Positions 44,465 through 46,853 of a stretch of 46,853 bases of DNA are shown here, one piece after another. Every line of letters begins with the position of its first letter. The first letter of the stretch is position 1. Under the pieces are notes generated by a model. That model saw nothing but the letters and a program-made list of their open reading frames with translations, was not told where the DNA came from and did not search any database. A program made the translations under genes and the position numbers. The DNA is from a bacterium (GTDB taxonomy: Bacteria > Patescibacteriota > Microgenomatia > Daviesbacterales > UBA10151), in NCBI GenBank assembly GCA_021790255.1, contig JAJYIE010000006.1:1-46853 (forward strand), given 5' to 3'.

Positions 44465-45490
44465 TTATTGCGCCTGGTAATCATGCTTGACCGCCGGTAC
44501 CAAAGCAGCAAACCCAGGTCCTTCAAAAGCATACACGGGCTGAAGATAAGGAGTGTAGCTGTCCGACTCGAAATAGCCGATTTTAATATTGGATATGGAT
44601 ACATCAGGCGAGTTGCTGGGGGCATAGCAGATAAAACCTGTTCCTGATTTAAGGTTGTCAAATGCTTCGGAAGCAGTCTTTAGAGGGTAAGTGGAGAAAG
44701 TGCTGGCATCAACTGGCCAATAGTTGTAGGTAACTTTAATAAATTTGCTTTTCTCGTCGTTGGCTTTGGCAACAGTGGCCCGGAGTGGTCCTTGGACATA
44801 ATTGGCAGTGACGATCGGATAGTTGTTAATATCCTGTGGCCACAGCGAAACGTCTGCTGTTTGAGAATCTGCCGGAGAGGAGCCGCTGTAAGTGACGCTG
44901 CTTCGCCCTCCCTGGAATTCTTTGGGAAGGAGCCCTTTATTTGATAAGTAGTTAGTGAAATCCTGAGCGAGGTCTTTTTCATCAGGCAAGACGGCCGGAG
45001 GAGGTATGGTATAACCGCTGGAATTGCTGGAGTTGCCGCTTCTTTGAAACTCGAAATTACCCGTTGAGAGGTCAATGGTGATCTCTCCGCTCCCCCCATC
45101 AGTAAATCTCTGCTGTGTGGGTGAGAGTACTTCCGGGCCCTGGGTAAACCCTAAATCAGCGGCCTCTTGTTTATATTTATCAGGCGCAAGAAGCGAGACA
45201 CCGCCCCGGGGAATAAAGTAAACAGGCAGTACTTTCGGGGATTGGGGAAAACCTCCTGTAACGGTATCAATTGAGTAAGTGAAAGTGGCGGAGGAGGTTT
45301 TAGAGGGGGGCAAAAAGGCGGGCAAGACGCCGAATTTTAAACCTGGCTGGTCTTCCGGTTTGGGGCGGGTGGAGAGGTAATATTGATAAGACACATTGTA
45401 GGAAATCAGCAAAAAGATGCCTACAGCTGCGCTGATAAAACCTATTACAACACCCTTTTTTGTTATACCGGCGGCTTCAGTCAGAGTCAT
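44465..45490 (-). CDS. Membrane-anchored hypothetical protein
   Basis: N-terminal TM and a C-terminal Y..YLQPVYAFEG...VPA segment. Confidence 0.8.
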   Translation of the reverse strand: MTLTEAAGITKKGVVIGFISAAVGIFLLISYNVSYQYYLSTRPKPEDQPGLKFGVLPAFLPPSKTSSATFTYSIDTVTGGFPQSPKVLPVYFIPRGGVSLLAPDKYKQEAADLGFTQGPEVLSPTQQRFTDGGSGEITIDLSTGNFEFQRSGNSSNSSGYTIPPPAVLPDEKDLAQDFTNYLSNKGLLPKEFQGGRSSVTYSGSSPADSQTADVSLWPQDINNYPIVTANYVQGPLRATVAKANDEKSKFIKVTYNYWPVDASTFSTYPLKTASEAFDNLKSGTGFICYAPSNSPDVSISNIKIGYFESDSYTPYLQPVYAFEGPGFAALVPAVKHDYQAQ

Positions 45491-45552
45491 ACTTTAACGG
45501 ATTGTCTGCTCTCATTATACAGAAAATCAGGTCAAGCTGTATAATATGGTTT

Positions 45553-46853
45553 ATGGAACTGGGGACAGAAAAAGTAGTTACTAGATTTGCTCCCTCACCC
45601 ACGGGCTTAATGCATATTGGGAATGCCCGGACCGCACTTTATTCTTATCTTTGGGCCTGCAAGAATGGCGGTAAGTTTATTTTAAGAATAGAAGATACCG
45701 ATAGGCAACGGTTGGTAGAGGGAGCTGCCGAAGAAATTATTCAGACTTTGCAAAAGCTGGGTTTAAGGTGGGATGAGGGGCCGGTATATCAGTCTGATCG
45801 TCTGGAGATCTATAAGGAGTATGCTCAACAACTGGTCGAAAAGGAATTTGCTTATGAGAAAGAAGGAGCGGTATGGTTTAGAGTCCCTAAAGATGGGACT
45901 ACTTCCTGGACTGATTTAGTAGGTAGTAAAGAGGTGGTAATCCAAAACTCGCTACATGATGATTTTGTAATGCTCAAATCTGACGGATATCCTACTTATA
46001 ACTTTGCGGTAGTTGTGGATGACCATTTGATGGGAGTCACTCACACAATCCGGGGTGTTGAGTTTATTTCCTCAGCTCCAAAACATATCATGATTTATAA
46101 GGCTTTTGGTTGGGAACTGCCGAAATTTGCCCATCTGCCACTATTTTTAGGGTCCGACAAATCAAAGCTTTCCAAGAGGCATGGAGCTAAACCAGCCTCG
46201 GAATTTTTGAAAGACGGTTACTTACCGGAAGCACTTCTAAACTTTATAGCTTTGTTGAGCTGGACTCCGCCTGATGGTAAAGAGATTATTTCTCTGGAGG
46301 AGATGGAGCAAACTTTTGATATCAGCAAAGCCCATCTGACTAACCCAGTATTTGATATGGAAAAACTTGACTGGATGAATGGGGAATATATCCGGCGGAT
46401 GAGTGATGAGGAGTTAACCAAGATGCTGCAGGAATATCTGGTGGATCATCCGGCTAAGGATAAAATTGCCCCTCTGGTACCGCTGGTTAAGGAAAGAATT
46501 AAAAAATTATCCGACTTTGTGCCCCTGACTAATTTTATCTTTGAGAAGCCGGAATATGAGGCGGAAGTTTTTCAAAAGGTGAAGCTGGATAGCTTAAATG
46601 TTCAGGAAGTGCTGAGGAAAATTGTTGAGAGGTTGGAGAAGATGGAAAGGCCCTGGAGCAGCGAAAAGTTTGAAGAAACATTCCGGGAACTGGCAAAGGA
46701 ACTGAACCTTCCCGCCGGCAGCATTTTCCAGCTGATCCGTATTGCCGTTTCAGGGCAGCTTGTTACCCCTCCCCTCCTTGAAAGTATTGAGATTTTGGGT
46801 GAAACGCAAGCTCTGGCGCGTGTTAAATTTGTTTTGTCTTCCTACCAGATCGG
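45553..46853 (+). CDS. gltX: Glutamate--tRNA ligase (runs off the window end)
   Basis: TRFAPSPTGLMHIGNAR (HIGH-type), LRIEDTD, PTYNFAVVVDD and KLSKR. Absent from the ORF track because there is no stop in the window. Confidence 0.97.
   Translation, partial: MELGTEKVVTRFAPSPTGLMHIGNARTALYSYLWACKNGGKFILRIEDTDRQRLVEGAAEEIIQTLQKLGLRWDEGPVYQSDRLEIYKEYAQQLVEKEFAYEKEGAVWFRVPKDGTTSWTDLVGSKEVVIQNSLHDDFVMLKSDGYPTYNFAVVVDDHLMGVTHTIRGVEFISSAPKHIMIYKAFGWELPKFAHLPLFLGSDKSKLSKRHGAKPASEFLKDGYLPEALLNFIALLSWTPPDGKEIISLEEMEQTFDISKAHLTNPVFDMEKLDWMNGEYIRRMSDEELTKMLQEYLVDHPAKDKIAPLVPLVKERIKKLSDFVPLTNFIFEKPEYEAEVFQKVKLDSLNVQEVLRKIVERLEKMERPWSSEKFEETFRELAKELNLPAGSIFQLIRIAVSGQLVTPPLLESIEILGETQALARVKFVLSSYQI

Noticed and set aside
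44595-44605. Partial ATGTATCCATA match on the minus strand
   Set aside because: It lies inside a coding region (PDVSIS) and is probably chance.
1-46853. CRISPR array, tRNA/rRNA genes, prophage, defence island
   Set aside because: No regularly spaced direct repeats, cloverleafs, rRNA-like stretches or phage hallmark genes were seen by eye. No scan could be run.
1-46853. Alternative genetic code (UGA=Gly, as in Gracilibacteria/Absconditabacteria)
   Set aside because: Conserved genes such as recX, rny, miaA and relA end at TGA at plausible lengths, and no gene needs read-through.

Overview
A gene-dense chromosomal segment read with genetic code 11. Gene content, short or leaderless 5' UTRs, a compact GltX and an archaeal-type AspRS suggest a Patescibacteria/CPR (Microgenomates-like) bacterium; this is inferred, not verified. 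The window opens with the 3' end of an IS481-like element. Then come recA-recX-(orphan)-rny, a GT39-like glycosyltransferase, HU, an ABC-2 locus with two permease pairs around one ATPase and a TrpR/YerC-like regulator, miaA, an AI-2E transporter, the RNase P RNA and a ZnuABC-type importer. A two-component system precedes a type IV pilus cluster and comM, followed by DUF genes, secD/secF, a CCA enzyme, recJ, a short RelA/SpoT homologue with a degenerate HD motif, aspS, a D,D-carboxypeptidase and a partial gltX. The most striking unannotated element lies between rel and aspS (about 41.2-41.6 kb). It is a back-to-back pair of classical-looking leader-peptide transcription attenuators built on the same RNA scaffold. 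One has an Ile/Leu/Val-rich leader and the other a Phe/Tyr (FYYYF) leader. They are driven by overlapping divergent sigma70 promoters and control small orphan proteins rather than amino-acid biosynthesis genes.
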